A stretch of DNA of 32,000 nucleotides from Patescibacteria group bacterium (GTDB taxonomy: Bacteria; Patescibacteriota; UBA1384; XYA2-FULL-43-10): the NCBI GenBank assembly GCA_041674405.1, contig JBAYVT010000005.1, forward strand, positions 60,001 through 92,000. Reading direction: 5' to 3'. The position numbers were made by a program, and so were the translations under genes. Positions within the stretch are counted from its first letter, which is position 1. Every line of letters begins with the position of its first letter. Shown one piece after another: positions 7,757-17,453 of the stretch. Below the pieces are notes generated by a model that ran no database searches, was not told the origin of the DNA, and saw nothing but the letters and a program-made list of their open reading frames with translations.

Positions 7757-8756
7757 TTTTAATCATGTTAATTATTTTTTCAATATCTCGAATCGATTTG
7801 ATCGAAGCTGCTTGCTTTCTCATCTCTTTTGCATTTTGGAATCCTCTAAGATAAGCCAAAAGATGTTTTCTAAATTCAATTATACCATGATCCCCTTTTG
7901 TTTCGTAAACAAGTTTTGCATGTTTCAATATTAAAGCTGTGGGTTTCAAGCTGTTAACTGCAAGCTCTGCAGAAAAGATCCATGGCTTGCCAAAAGTGGC
8001 TCGACCTATCGCTACCCCATCAAGCTTAATGCCCCCTGATTCACTCCTTTTGATGGCTTCATCGTAATTTGAAATATCACCATTGCCTATAATCGAAACT
8101 TCCTTATTTTTGATCTTTGATATTTGATCTTTGATTTGATAAATATTTTCCCACCTGGCTATGTTCTTAAAGCCATCTTTATAGGTTCGGCCGTGAATTA
8201 TGATTGCATCGGCTCCGGCTTCAGCTAATCTAGGAGCAAAATCCAATATTTCATTGTCATTTTCCCAGCCAAGACGAGTTTTTACCGAAAGAGGAATTGA
8301 TATTTCCGCCCTAACTGCGCGGACGATTTCGCAAGCCAAATCAGGATTCTTAAGAAGCGCTGCGCCGTGATCCGATCCGATAACTTTGCGCGCCGGGCAG
8401 CCCATATTGATATCAATTCCGTCCGGCTTCAAATTTTCCACCACCCATTTGGCGGCATAAGCAAATTTTTCGGGATATTTTCCAAAAAGCTGAACTACTA
8501 TCGGCCTCTCGTCGTCGTAGAACGAAAGTAATTCGGCTGTAGAATGATTCTTGCCTTCGACTTTATGGACTTTACCGACTTTATGGACTTTGAACTTGCC
8601 GTAGGCAATCGCATCTGCAGAAACCAATTCTGTCATCACGACATCGGCACCATATCCTTTGCACAGAATTCTAAATGCTGAGTCGGTATATCCGGCCATG
8701 GGAGACAATACCAAAAGCGGATTATGGGGATTTTTTCGAGTCCAAATATTATTCAT
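7749..8756 (-). CDS. dus: tRNA-dihydrouridine synthase
   Basis: 335 aa; APMAGYTDSAFR, DGIDINMGCPARKV, VKTRLGW, IHGRTY, GNGDI motifs of the Dus family. Confidence 0.93.
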   Translation of the reverse strand: MNNIWTRKNPHNPLLVLSPMAGYTDSAFRILCKGYGADVVMTELVSADAIAYGKFKVHKVGKVHKVEGKNHSTAELLSFYDDERPIVVQLFGKYPEKFAYAAKWVVENLKPDGIDINMGCPARKVIGSDHGAALLKNPDLACEIVRAVRAEISIPLSVKTRLGWENDNEILDFAPRLAEAGADAIIIHGRTYKDGFKNIARWENIYQIKDQISKIKNKEVSIIGNGDISNYDEAIKRSESGGIKLDGVAIGRATFGKPWIFSAELAVNSLKPTALILKHAKLVYETKGDHGIIEFRKHLLAYLRGFQNAKEMRKQAASIKSIRDIEKIINMIKND

Positions 8757-8757
8757 T

Positions 8758-10140
8758 TTATTTCTTAGTTACCTTACTACCGCCAGCCGTATCTTCAACT
8801 TTGTAACCAAGCTTGTCAATTTCATCGCGCAAATCGTCGGATTTGGCCCAGTCCTTTTCCGCTCGTGCTTTTTCCCTCTCTCTGACTAGATTTTTGACCT
8901 CTTCGGGAATATCTATCTCGGCCTTTTCCCCTAGATTAAGACCAAGAATTTTGTCCATCTCAAGTAACGTTAAATATTTTTCACCGGCCTCAAGGCTTAC
9001 ATTGCGAATCATTTCCCAAACTACTGCCAATGCCTCCGGCATATTCAAATCATTAGCAATTTTCTCTTTGAACCCGTTTAAATATTTAGAATTTTGGATT
9101 TGATTGGAAATTGGAAATTGGAAATTGGAAATTCCGCGGATGATATTAAGTAAACGCTCCCTAGAATTTTTAGCCGCGGCCAGCGCTTCCCATGTGAAAT
9201 TTATCTTGCTTCGGTAATGCGCAGAGAGGCAAAGATAGCGAAAATCTAATGGGTCAAAACCGCGCTCTTCAATATCGGCAAGCTTGTAAAAATTGTTCAG
9301 GCTCTTGCTCATCTTTTTGCCATCAACTAAAAGATGCTCTCCGTGAACCCAGAAATTGGCAAACGGTTTTCCTGTTCTGGCTTCTGATTGAGCAATCTCA
9401 TTTTCGTGATGGGGGAAGATTAAATCGACGGCACCCGCATGGATATCGAGGGTATCCCCAAGTCTATCTTGCGACATAGCAGAACACTCAATATGCCAGC
9501 CCGGGCGCCCCTTGCCAAGTTCTGTTCCTGCCCCGAGCCATGTCGAAGGGTCCCAAAATATCTCTCCATCCGCTTTGTCCCAGGCTTTCCAAAGCACAAA
9601 ATCAGCTGGGTTTTCTTTATCGTACTCATCTTGTTTGACGCGGGCACCGGCCCTTAGGCCTTCCTTGTCAAGATGTGAAAGTTTTCCATAATCTGTAAAT
9701 TTTGAAATTGAAAAATAGATCGATCCATCATCGGCCTTGTAGGCAAACCCTTTTTCCAAAAGCTCCGAAATAAACTTAACCATTTGCGGGATATATTCGG
9801 TGGCACGAGTAACCGTGTCGGGCTTTTCAATATTTAGTTTAGAAAGATCGTAAAAAAATAATTCTTCATATTTGCGCCCGAGTTTTTTAAGCTCATCCTT
9901 CTTGCCACCGCTGTTTTTTATAGTTTTATCGTCAACATCAGTGATATTCATTATATGATTTACTTCATAGTCGACAAAAGACAGAACTCTTTTTAAAACA
10001 TCCTCAAAAATATAAGTACGCAAATTTCCAATGTGTGCATAATCATAAACTGTCGGCCCGCAAGTATATAGCCCGACCTTTTTATCGTTAATTGGCTCAA
10101 ACTCTTCAATTTTCCGTGATAGAGTGTTAAATAATTTCAT
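8758..10140 (-). CDS. cysS: Cysteine--tRNA ligase
   Basis: 460 aa; [56 protein letters not shown]. Confidence 0.97.
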   Translation of the reverse strand: MKLFNTLSRKIEEFEPINDKKVGLYTCGPTVYDYAHIGNLRTYIFEDVLKRVLSFVDYEVNHIMNITDVDDKTIKNSGGKKDELKKLGRKYEELFFYDLSKLNIEKPDTVTRATEYIPQMVKFISELLEKGFAYKADDGSIYFSISKFTDYGKLSHLDKEGLRAGARVKQDEYDKENPADFVLWKAWDKADGEIFWDPSTWLGAGTELGKGRPGWHIECSAMSQDRLGDTLDIHAGAVDLIFPHHENEIAQSEARTGKPFANFWVHGEHLLVDGKKMSKSLNNFYKLADIEERGFDPLDFRYLCLSAHYRSKINFTWEALAAAKNSRERLLNIIRGISNFQFPISNQIQNSKYLNGFKEKIANDLNMPEALAVVWEMIRNVSLEAGEKYLTLLEMDKILGLNLGEKAEIDIPEEVKNLVREREKARAEKDWAKSDDLRDEIDKLGYKVEDTAGGSKVTKK

Positions 10141-10199
10141 ATTTTTATCCTAATAAGACAATACAAGATCAGCTATCCTTTTTCAATTGACTAAACTAA

Positions 10200-10232
10200 A
10201 AAATCCCTCGATTTCTCTCGGGATTTTATTTC
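10200..10232 (-). terminator. Likely intrinsic terminator after the zinc-ribbon gene
   Basis: Minus strand taaaatccc gagagaaatcga gggattttt. Confidence 0.7.
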
Positions 10233-10236
10233 CAGG

Positions 10237-10458
10237 CTAAAATTCATCGTCAGCTGCGCCTTGCATCCTTTCAAGCGGTATTTCTTCTTCTGCAAGATCC
10301 ATCGGCTCAAATTCTTCACCAGGATAATCATTCTCTTTTCGGGTATCATCATCAGTGTCGCCGATATTGACCATACTACCGCCACAGGGGCATTTCTCTT
10401 CACCCGGATCATCTAGTGTAGAGTGTCCGCATTCTTCGCAGACCCATTCATTTGGCAT
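10237..10458 (-). CDS. Small acidic zinc-ribbon (rubredoxin-like Cys4) protein
   Basis: 73 aa MPNEWVCEECGHSTLDDPGEEKCPCGG; two C-x2-C type knuckles then acidic tail. Confidence 0.7.
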   Translation of the reverse strand: MPNEWVCEECGHSTLDDPGEEKCPCGGSMVNIGDTDDDTRKENDYPGEEFEPMDLAEEEIPLERMQGAADDEF

Positions 10459-10569
10459 CTTCCCTCTTTGTTTTAATTTTATACTTTTCAGATTTTATAT
10501 GTCAGAATTTCCAATGTCAATGAACAACAATTATCCTCTCTGGCAGCAGAATTTATGAGTTATCAACAG

Positions 10570-11172
10570 CTACATGTAATCTTTTCTGCCTTCCAGTGAA
10601 CGCTTCAGCGTAACTTCATCGGCATACTCAAGATCACCGCCAACTGGCAAACCTCTAGCAATCCGGGTAATTTCTATACTGCTGTTTTTAGTTTTTACCT
10701 TGTCTTTAATATACGCAGCGGTGGCTTCTCCCTCCAGGTCCGGATTAGTTGCAAGAATTATTTCGTCAAATTTCTCATTGTCCAATCTTTTCAAAAGTTC
10801 AGAAATTCTTAGTTCTTCCGGGCCAATTCCATCAATCGGGGAGATGGATCCACCAAGAACATGATAGATGCCATTAAATCCACCGGACTTTTCGAGAGCA
10901 ATTACATCAAGCGGTTCTTCTACGACAGCCAAGACCGATTTGTTTCTTTTATCATCAATGCATATTTTGCATATATTTTCTTCCGAAAAATTGAAACATT
11001 TTTCACACTTTTTCATACCATCAGAAATGCCTAGCACAGCATCACCAAGTGATTTAATATCTGTTTCGGGCTTAGTCAAAAGATAAAAAGTAAGCCTTGC
11101 AGCCGTTTTTGGCCCAACACCTGGTAGCTTTGAAAATTGATCTATTAGATTCTGAATTGATTTAGGAAGCAT
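10570..11172 (-). CDS. recR: Recombination protein RecR
   Basis: 200 aa; LIDQFSKLPGVGPKTAARLTFYLL, Cys4 finger CEKCFNFSEENICKIC, Toprim VVEEPLDVIALEKSG, YHVLGGSISPIDGIGPEEL. Confidence 0.97.
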   Translation of the reverse strand: MLPKSIQNLIDQFSKLPGVGPKTAARLTFYLLTKPETDIKSLGDAVLGISDGMKKCEKCFNFSEENICKICIDDKRNKSVLAVVEEPLDVIALEKSGGFNGIYHVLGGSISPIDGIGPEELRISELLKRLDNEKFDEIILATNPDLEGEATAAYIKDKVKTKNSSIEITRIARGLPVGGDLEYADEVTLKRSLEGRKDYM

Positions 11173-11245
11173 TGAACGAACAAATTAATAATTAATAAAT
11201 ATTTAGGATTTTATTATTTTTCAATTTAATTTTGACTTTTAAGTT

Positions 11246-13402
11246 CTAACTTTTGGCTTCTTTTACCGGTTCATCCCAGGTAGCATATTTACATGAAGGA
11301 TAACGCGAACATCCCCAAAATCTTCTGCCTTTTTTGGTTCGGCGCTCGATTACGTCTCCCTCACCACATTCCGGGCATTTTATTCCGGTTGGGGTGATGA
11401 TTGTCTTGGTATTTTTACACTTTGGATAATTTTCGCAGGCAAGAAATTTTCCAAATCTACCCTCTTTCAACAGCATTTTTCCACCACATTTTTCGCATTT
11501 TTCACCTTCTGCCTCAGACAATTTTTCAGTCTCGCCGTTTTCGGTTATAACTTCAGATTTTTTATCTGCCTTGGTTTCCAATGGGCGGGAATATTTACAT
11601 TCCGGATAACCACTGCATGCAACAAATTTGCCATATCTGCCAGGCCTAATAAGCAGGATTTTTCCACATTCGGGACATTTCTCCTTAAGCTCTTCAATTT
11701 TTACAAAATCTTGTTTTTCAAGCTCTTTACCTTTTATTTCAAGTTCGGCCTCGAATGGTTTATAGAATTCGTCAATTACTAATTGCCACTTAATTTTTCC
11801 TTCTGCAACATCATCAAGCTCGTCTTCCATTTTAGCTGTAAATTTATAATCCACTACTTCCGGAAAATGTTCTACTAAAAGATCGTTGACAATTTCACCA
11901 ATTTCTTCAGGCTTGAACCTTCGCTCATCAAGCCTTGCATAACCACGATCGACAATCGTTGACATTGTTGGTGCATATGTTGACGGACGGCCAATCCCTA
12001 AACTTTCCAATTTCTTGACCAATGTCGCTTCCGTATACCTCTTTGGGGGTTCAGTAAATTTCTGATCGGCCAAAAGCTCATGAAAATCCAGATTTTCTTC
12101 CTTTTTTAGCTCCGGAATCGTAATTGCTTCTTCCTCAGATTCGTCATCCTTGCCCTCAGTATATACTTTAATAAAGCCGTCAAATTTTATGCTTTCTCCG
12201 CGGGCCAGAAAAACCGGCTTACTTGAAATATTGGCTTCGATTTTTGCCTCGATTATCTTAATAACCGCTTCCCGCATTTGCGAAGCAACCGTTCTCTTCC
12301 AAATAAGGTCATAGAGGCGCTGCTCTCGGGCATCATAAGAAGCCTCACGCTTGGCAAAATCAGTCGGACGAATCGCCTCATGCGCTTCCTGTGCATGTTT
12401 TGATTTGGTTTGATATGCCCTGACACCTTCCGGCAAATATTTTTCGCCGTATTCTTTTAAAATTGTGCTTCTAATCGCAGAGAGTGCATCTGCAGACAAA
12501 TTCGTCGAATCTGTTCGCATATAAGTGATATGGCCTTCTTCATACAATTTCTGGGCTACGGCCATCGTTTGTTTAGCTGAAAACCCAAGCTTTCTCGATG
12601 CTTCCATTTGCAAGGTCGAGGTTGTAAATGGTGCAGATGGATTGCGCAATGACTCACTTTCGGTTACATCCAAAACTTGATAATTTGCTTCATGCAATTT
12701 TTTCTTAATGTTGTCGGCTTCTTTTTTCGTCTTGATATCCATTTTTTTCACTGGCTTGCCGCCATCTTCAATAAGAGTTGCTTTGAATTTTAATTCATCG
12801 CCCTTTTTTGACAGCAAAACAGCAATAACCCAAAATTCCTCCGGCTTGAAATTTTTGATCTCGCGTTCTCGCTCTACCACAAGTCGAACCGCAACCGATT
12901 GAACGCGGCCAGCAGACAAGCCGGATTTAACCTTTTTCCACAAAAGCGGAGAAAGTTTGTATCCGACTAAACGATCAAGAATTCGCCTGCCCTGCTGGGA
13001 ATCCACCAGGTTCATATCAAGTTTTCGAGGGTTTTTGATTGCTTTCTCGATCGCCGATTTGGTTATTTCTGCGAATGTAATTCTTTTAACTTTCGGGTCA
13101 TCGCCTTTTATTTTAAGGGCTTCTAGTATATGCCAAGAAATCGCCTCGCCTTCTCGGTCCAAGTCGGTTGCAAGATAGATTTCTTTCGCCTTTGCTTCAG
13201 AGGTTTTAATTTCAGAAATAATTTTTTTAGATTTTGGAGGAATAACATATTTGGGTTCGTAGTTTAATTTTGTATTCACACCAAGTTCGCTTACAGGCAA
13301 ATCTCTGACATGGCCAAAAGATGCCAGGATTTTATAATCCTTGCCCAAATATTTTCCAATTGTTTTGACTTTTGCTGGAGACTCAACGATCACAAGGTTC
13401 AT
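11246..13402 (-). CDS. topA: DNA topoisomerase I
   Basis: 718 aa; MNLVIVESPAKVKTIGKYLG, LATDLDREGEAISWH, SAGRVQSVAVRL, ITYMRTDST, C-terminal Cys4 zinc ribbons. Confidence 0.97.
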   Translation of the reverse strand: MNLVIVESPAKVKTIGKYLGKDYKILASFGHVRDLPVSELGVNTKLNYEPKYVIPPKSKKIISEIKTSEAKAKEIYLATDLDREGEAISWHILEALKIKGDDPKVKRITFAEITKSAIEKAIKNPRKLDMNLVDSQQGRRILDRLVGYKLSPLLWKKVKSGLSAGRVQSVAVRLVVEREREIKNFKPEEFWVIAVLLSKKGDELKFKATLIEDGGKPVKKMDIKTKKEADNIKKKLHEANYQVLDVTESESLRNPSAPFTTSTLQMEASRKLGFSAKQTMAVAQKLYEEGHITYMRTDSTNLSADALSAIRSTILKEYGEKYLPEGVRAYQTKSKHAQEAHEAIRPTDFAKREASYDAREQRLYDLIWKRTVASQMREAVIKIIEAKIEANISSKPVFLARGESIKFDGFIKVYTEGKDDESEEEAITIPELKKEENLDFHELLADQKFTEPPKRYTEATLVKKLESLGIGRPSTYAPTMSTIVDRGYARLDERRFKPEEIGEIVNDLLVEHFPEVVDYKFTAKMEDELDDVAEGKIKWQLVIDEFYKPFEAELEIKGKELEKQDFVKIEELKEKCPECGKILLIRPGRYGKFVACSGYPECKYSRPLETKADKKSEVITENGETEKLSEAEGEKCEKCGGKMLLKEGRFGKFLACENYPKCKNTKTIITPTGIKCPECGEGDVIERRTKKGRRFWGCSRYPSCKYATWDEPVKEAKS

Positions 13403-13455
13403 TGTACGTTCCTTTGGTTTTTAGCCCCTAAGGGGACCCCTTTGGGGTTATTTTA

Positions 13456-14532
13456 TTAGATTTTCTTCCTGTATCTTCCACCCACATTCTCAATTAAACC
13501 TTTCATTTCCATTATTGTCAAAAGAGAATTTAGCTCGATGACATTTATTTTGCTTGACACAAGAATTAAGTCAGCTGGCATATCTTCGCTACCGATAATT
13601 TCCAGAATTGACAACTCTTTGTCATTTGCAGGAGAAATCTCTTTGATTTTATCTACAAATTTTATTTTTTCAATATTTAGTTCACCCAAAATATCGTCGA
13701 TAGACTGGACTAACTTAGCCCCTTTTTGAATCAAAAGATTGCACCCTCTTGATGTTTCCGATGTAATCGGCCCCGGAACTGCAAAAATCTCCCGATCATA
13801 TTCAAGACCAGCTTCAGCTGTGATCAGGGCACCCGAAATTTCCGCCGCCTCCACCACCAGAATTCCTTTTGACAGCCCCGCAATTATGCGATTGCGTGCT
13901 GGAAAATTTTGTTTAAATGCTTCGGTTCCCGGAGGATACTCAGAGACAATTGCCCCGCCCTTTTTAATAATTTCATAAGCCAGCCCTTGGTTTGCGACTG
14001 GATAAATTCTATCAAGACCACATCCCAATACACCAATTGTAATTCCATCAGCATCGAGCGCGCCTTTATGCGCGACGGCATCGATTCCTAAGGCAAGACC
14101 AGAAATAATGCCAAGCCCATTTTCCGCACACTCTTTACTAAGCCTGTATGCAACGTTTTGGCCGTATGAGGAAAATTTACGGCTGCCCACTATTGAAATT
14201 GCCGGAACATTAAAAGCATTGATATCACCTTTTATATACAAAATTATTGGTGCGTCATAAATCTCTCTTAAAATATCGGGGTACCTCTTGTCAAAAAAAG
14301 TAAGATAACCGATTCCAAGTTTTCTCAATTTTTTTACTTCCTCGTCGGGATCAAATTGATTTTTCGCCTCCATAAACATATCCTGAAACTTTTCACCATA
14401 TATTTTTTTTAACTCCCTGCCATCAGATTTCCATAGTTTTTCGGCATCATCGCAAAAAGCAGCAAGCATTTTTTTAATAGTCTGCGAACCAATTTTAGGA
14501 TGTGAATTTAGAGCTAATAAATATTTAGACAT
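13456..14532 (-). CDS. dprA: DNA processing protein DprA
   Basis: 358 aa; SIVGSRKFSSYGQNVAYRLSKECAENGLGIISGLALGIDAVAHKGAL, RNRIIAGLSKGILVVEAAEISGALITAEAGLEYDREIFAVPG. Confidence 0.96.
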   Translation of the reverse strand: MSKYLLALNSHPKIGSQTIKKMLAAFCDDAEKLWKSDGRELKKIYGEKFQDMFMEAKNQFDPDEEVKKLRKLGIGYLTFFDKRYPDILREIYDAPIILYIKGDINAFNVPAISIVGSRKFSSYGQNVAYRLSKECAENGLGIISGLALGIDAVAHKGALDADGITIGVLGCGLDRIYPVANQGLAYEIIKKGGAIVSEYPPGTEAFKQNFPARNRIIAGLSKGILVVEAAEISGALITAEAGLEYDREIFAVPGPITSETSRGCNLLIQKGAKLVQSIDDILGELNIEKIKFVDKIKEISPANDKELSILEIIGSEDMPADLILVSSKINVIELNSLLTIMEMKGLIENVGGRYRKKI

Positions 14533-14554
14533 TTAAGTATGTTATAAGTATAAT
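14526..14554 (+). promoter_or_regulatory. Strong sigma70-type promoter for the plus-strand small gene
   Basis: TAGACA, 17-nt spacer, TATAAT; followed by SD aggagt near 14575. Confidence 0.7.
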
Positions 14555-14584
14555 TGAACAGACATTAATTATCCAGGAGTATTT

Positions 14585-14935
14585 ATGGGAGAAACAAGAC
14601 AACCTTTTGATCCCAATTATCCAAGGGGTCATCTCTTTTCCGAAGACAAAGATTGGAAAGATATTCAACCCGATGAACCGTTAGCAGAAACTGATAAACC
14701 TCAATCAGTAGATCATTCCAATGATATTCCTCTGCCCGGGCTCGAACCTGATTCCCCGGATGTACCAGGCGAATCAATTTCAATTCCACGATATTCGGAA
14801 GATGATGAAAAATCAAAACCACTTACAGAGGACCAAATAGCTAAACTTAGCGACAAAGATCGCAAGCTGTATGACAGCATTGGCTGGCCAGGGACAGATC
14901 AATACGACCAATATCAAAGACGAAGGTTTCTCTAG
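14585..14935 (+). CDS. Small hydrophilic protein of unknown function (only convincing plus-strand gene)
   Basis: 116 aa MGETRQPFDPNYPRGHLFSEDK...; clear promoter and SD upstream; fits exactly between dprA and the Mfd-like gene. Confidence 0.7.
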   Translation: MGETRQPFDPNYPRGHLFSEDKDWKDIQPDEPLAETDKPQSVDHSNDIPLPGLEPDSPDVPGESISIPRYSEDDEKSKPLTEDQIAKLSDKDRKLYDSIGWPGTDQYDQYQRRRFL

Positions 14936-14940
14936 TAGTA

Positions 14941-16755
14941 TTAACTTTCAATTTTCAAAACTGCTTGCTTCAAAAGTTTTGAATATAGTACTAATCCAAC
15001 AGCTTCCATGTTGCCGTGTTGTTCGCGACCAAGAATATTCCCACCACCGCGGATTTCAAGATCGGACATTGCAATATTGAAACCTGAACCGAGCTCTGTG
15101 TTCTCCGCGAGTGATTGTAGCCTTTTAAATGCATTTACTGATAATTCTTTCTTGTATGTAAAAAGAGAATAAGCTTGCCGATCGGAACGGCCAATACGGC
15201 CTCGGATTTGGTAAAGTTGTGACAAACCAAACCTGTCGGCCTCTTCAATGATTAGCGTGTTCACGTTCGGTAAATCCAAGCCGTTCTCAATAATAGTCGA
15301 GCAAACCAGAATATCGACATCTCCTTTTGCAAACTCTGCCATGGTATTTGCCAAATCTTCTTCAGACATCTGGCCATGAGCGATTTGGATTTTGGCTTTG
15401 GGCAACATCCGCTGCAATTTTTCTCGTGTAGGAATGATTGTTTCCACCCTGTTGTGAAGATAATAAATTTGCCCGCCACGCTTAAGCTCTCGATCAGCAA
15501 ATTCGACAATGTCAGAATCATTAAATTTCGCAATTTTGGTCTCGATGCTTTTCCGACCTCTAGGCGGAGTATTGATTTCTGAAATATCGCGTATGCCGGA
15601 AAGCGAAAAATAAAGCGTGCGTGGAATCGGAGTAGCAGACAAGATCAAAACATTTAATTTTTCTGATAATTTTTTGAATTTCTCTTTTTGTTTAACGCCG
15701 AATCTCTGTTCCTCGTCAATAATGACAAGGTCTAGAGATTTAAACCTGACATCAGAAGATAAGAGCCGATGCGTACCAATCGCAATATCAGTAGAACCAC
15801 TTGAAATTGATTTAACTGTATTCTCCATGTCCTCCTTCGAAAGAAATCGGCTCAATTTTGCAATGTTCACGCCGGTATGTTCCAAGCGTTTGGTAAATGT
15901 CGCAAAATGCTGTTCAGTAAGAATTGTCGTTGGGCAAAGATATGCGACTTGATAACCATTGGCAACAGCCTGCAAAGCCGCTCGCAATGCGACTTCGGTC
16001 TTGCCATAGCCAACATCCCCGCAGATCAGTCGATCCATCGGTTTCATCGAACTAAGGTCCAAATAAATGTCATTGAGAGCTTTTTTCTGGTCGGGCGTCT
16101 CGGTATATGGAAATGTTTTTAAAGCCTCTTTCTCGATGATTTTGTCAATGTTATACGCAGGTTTTTTAATCAACTCCCTTTTGGCATAAATGGCAAGAAG
16201 TTCTTTTGCCAACTTAAGAGCGCTTTCATATATTCTTTGTTTGGTTCTTTGCCAAGTAATACTTCCTAATTTATTTAATTTCGGCTTTCGCCTTCCAACC
16301 CCGACATAAGGGCTGACCCGATCGATTTCACGGAGCGGAACATAAAGATAATCATCATTGAGATAAGCAATAAATATATATGGTTTAAAAACTTCACCGA
16401 TCTTTTTTAGGCCGATTCTCCGAAAAATTCCAACACCATGATCAATATGTACAACATAATCATCCGGTTTAACTTTTGTGCCATTTGGGAATCGTAAAAT
16501 GTTTTCATCAATAATTATTGATGAAACTTGTGTTGTTTTTTCATTTACCGTTGATGTAATCGACTCAACCTGATCACCAAAAAAACTGATTTTACAGACA
16601 CCTAAACTATTGGTCGGATAAATTGTAAGAAGATCTCCAATCAATTTGTATTCGCCCGGTTCCGCAACCTTCTCCGCTTTCTGATAACCGGATTCTTCTA
16701 ATTGTATGATTAAATCATACAATTTGTATTTTTTACCAAAACTAATCTCTTCCAT
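14941..16755 (-). CDS. mfd: Short Mfd-like transcription-repair coupling factor (RNAP-interaction plus RecG-like translocase core)
   Basis: 604 aa; VVHIDHGVGIFRRIG, LICGDVGYGKTEVALRAA, GTHRLL, IIDEEQRFGV, SATPIPRTLYFSLSGIRDIS, TTPPRGR-like, IENGLDLPNVNTLIIEEADRFGLSQLYQIRGRIGRS, DLEIRGGGNILGREQHG; ends shortly after. In-frame TAA upstream of the ATG bounds the N-terminus. Confidence 0.88.
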   Translation of the reverse strand: MEEISFGKKYKLYDLIIQLEESGYQKAEKVAEPGEYKLIGDLLTIYPTNSLGVCKISFFGDQVESITSTVNEKTTQVSSIIIDENILRFPNGTKVKPDDYVVHIDHGVGIFRRIGLKKIGEVFKPYIFIAYLNDDYLYVPLREIDRVSPYVGVGRRKPKLNKLGSITWQRTKQRIYESALKLAKELLAIYAKRELIKKPAYNIDKIIEKEALKTFPYTETPDQKKALNDIYLDLSSMKPMDRLICGDVGYGKTEVALRAALQAVANGYQVAYLCPTTILTEQHFATFTKRLEHTGVNIAKLSRFLSKEDMENTVKSISSGSTDIAIGTHRLLSSDVRFKSLDLVIIDEEQRFGVKQKEKFKKLSEKLNVLILSATPIPRTLYFSLSGIRDISEINTPPRGRKSIETKIAKFNDSDIVEFADRELKRGGQIYYLHNRVETIIPTREKLQRMLPKAKIQIAHGQMSEEDLANTMAEFAKGDVDILVCSTIIENGLDLPNVNTLIIEEADRFGLSQLYQIRGRIGRSDRQAYSLFTYKKELSVNAFKRLQSLAENTELGSGFNIAMSDLEIRGGGNILGREQHGNMEAVGLVLYSKLLKQAVLKIES

Positions 16756-16800
16756 ATTTGAAATAACTTATGTAATCTGATAATGTATATGCATAATCTT

Positions 16801-16894
16801 CTTAGTGCTATCTGCGATTATAAGCCTTTGCCCCTCCTTTGGCTAGTCTACCTTAAGACCTACGGTCTTGGGCGGACTCGTAGATAGCACTAAG
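16801..16894 (-). promoter_or_regulatory. Structured element closed by 17-bp inverted repeat; possible ribosomal-protein (L10-type) leader-like RNA or relic
   Basis: cttagtgctatctgcga (16801-16817) / tcgtagatagcactaag (16878-16894), one mismatch; inner hairpin aagacc-tac-ggtctt (16855-16869). Minus strand contains AAGACCGTAGGTCTT. Confidence 0.5.
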
Positions 16895-16900
16895 CATGTT

Positions 16901-16935
16901 AATAAAAATCTCGTATCAATTACGAGATTTTTATT
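16901..16935 (-). terminator. Terminator of the rplU-secE-nusG-rplK operon
   Basis: aataaaaatctcgta / tacgagatttttatt perfect 15-bp stem, 5-nt loop. Confidence 0.85.
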
Positions 16936-16983
16936 TATTCGATTTTCCTTTGTGCTATTCTGTATTACAAAATTCTGTGTTCG

Positions 16984-17412
16984 TTACTTCTTCTCGACTT
17001 CGATTCCCATACTTCTAGCAGTGCCAGCAATAACTTTCATTGCAGCAGAAACATCATTTGCATTTAGATCAGCCATTTTTTCTTCAGCAATCTGCTTCAA
17101 TTTTTCTTGTGAGATTTTCGCGACTTTGTCCTTTTTCGAGTTCGCAGCCCCACTCTGAATATTACAAGCTTTTTTAAGGAGGATTGCCGCTGGGGGGGTT
17201 TTCAAAATAAAGGTAAAGGTTCGATCTTCGTAAATCGTAATTTCAACCGGAATAATAGTGTCACCTTTTTCTCGAGTTTGCTCATTAAAAGCTTGGCAAA
17301 ATTCCATGATGTTTACACCATGTTGGCCAAGGGCTGGTCCAACCGGGGGGGCAGGATTTGCTTTTCCGGCAGGGCATTGCAGTTTTACAATTGTTTTTAC
17401 TTTTTTTGCCAT
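16984..17412 (-). CDS. rplK: Ribosomal protein L11
   Basis: 142 aa; [35 protein letters not shown]. Confidence 0.98.
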   Translation of the reverse strand: MAKKVKTIVKLQCPAGKANPAPPVGPALGQHGVNIMEFCQAFNEQTREKGDTIIPVEITIYEDRTFTFILKTPPAAILLKKACNIQSGAANSKKDKVAKISQEKLKQIAEEKMADLNANDVSAAMKVIAGTARSMGIEVEKK

Positions 17413-17453
17413 AACATTTACCTAAGATATTAGTTTTAAGTTATTAGTTAATA

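Noticed and set aside
10191-10412. Minus ORF 10191..10412
   Set aside because: Overlaps the zinc-ribbon gene in another frame and runs through its terminator; the Cys4 protein is the credible frame.
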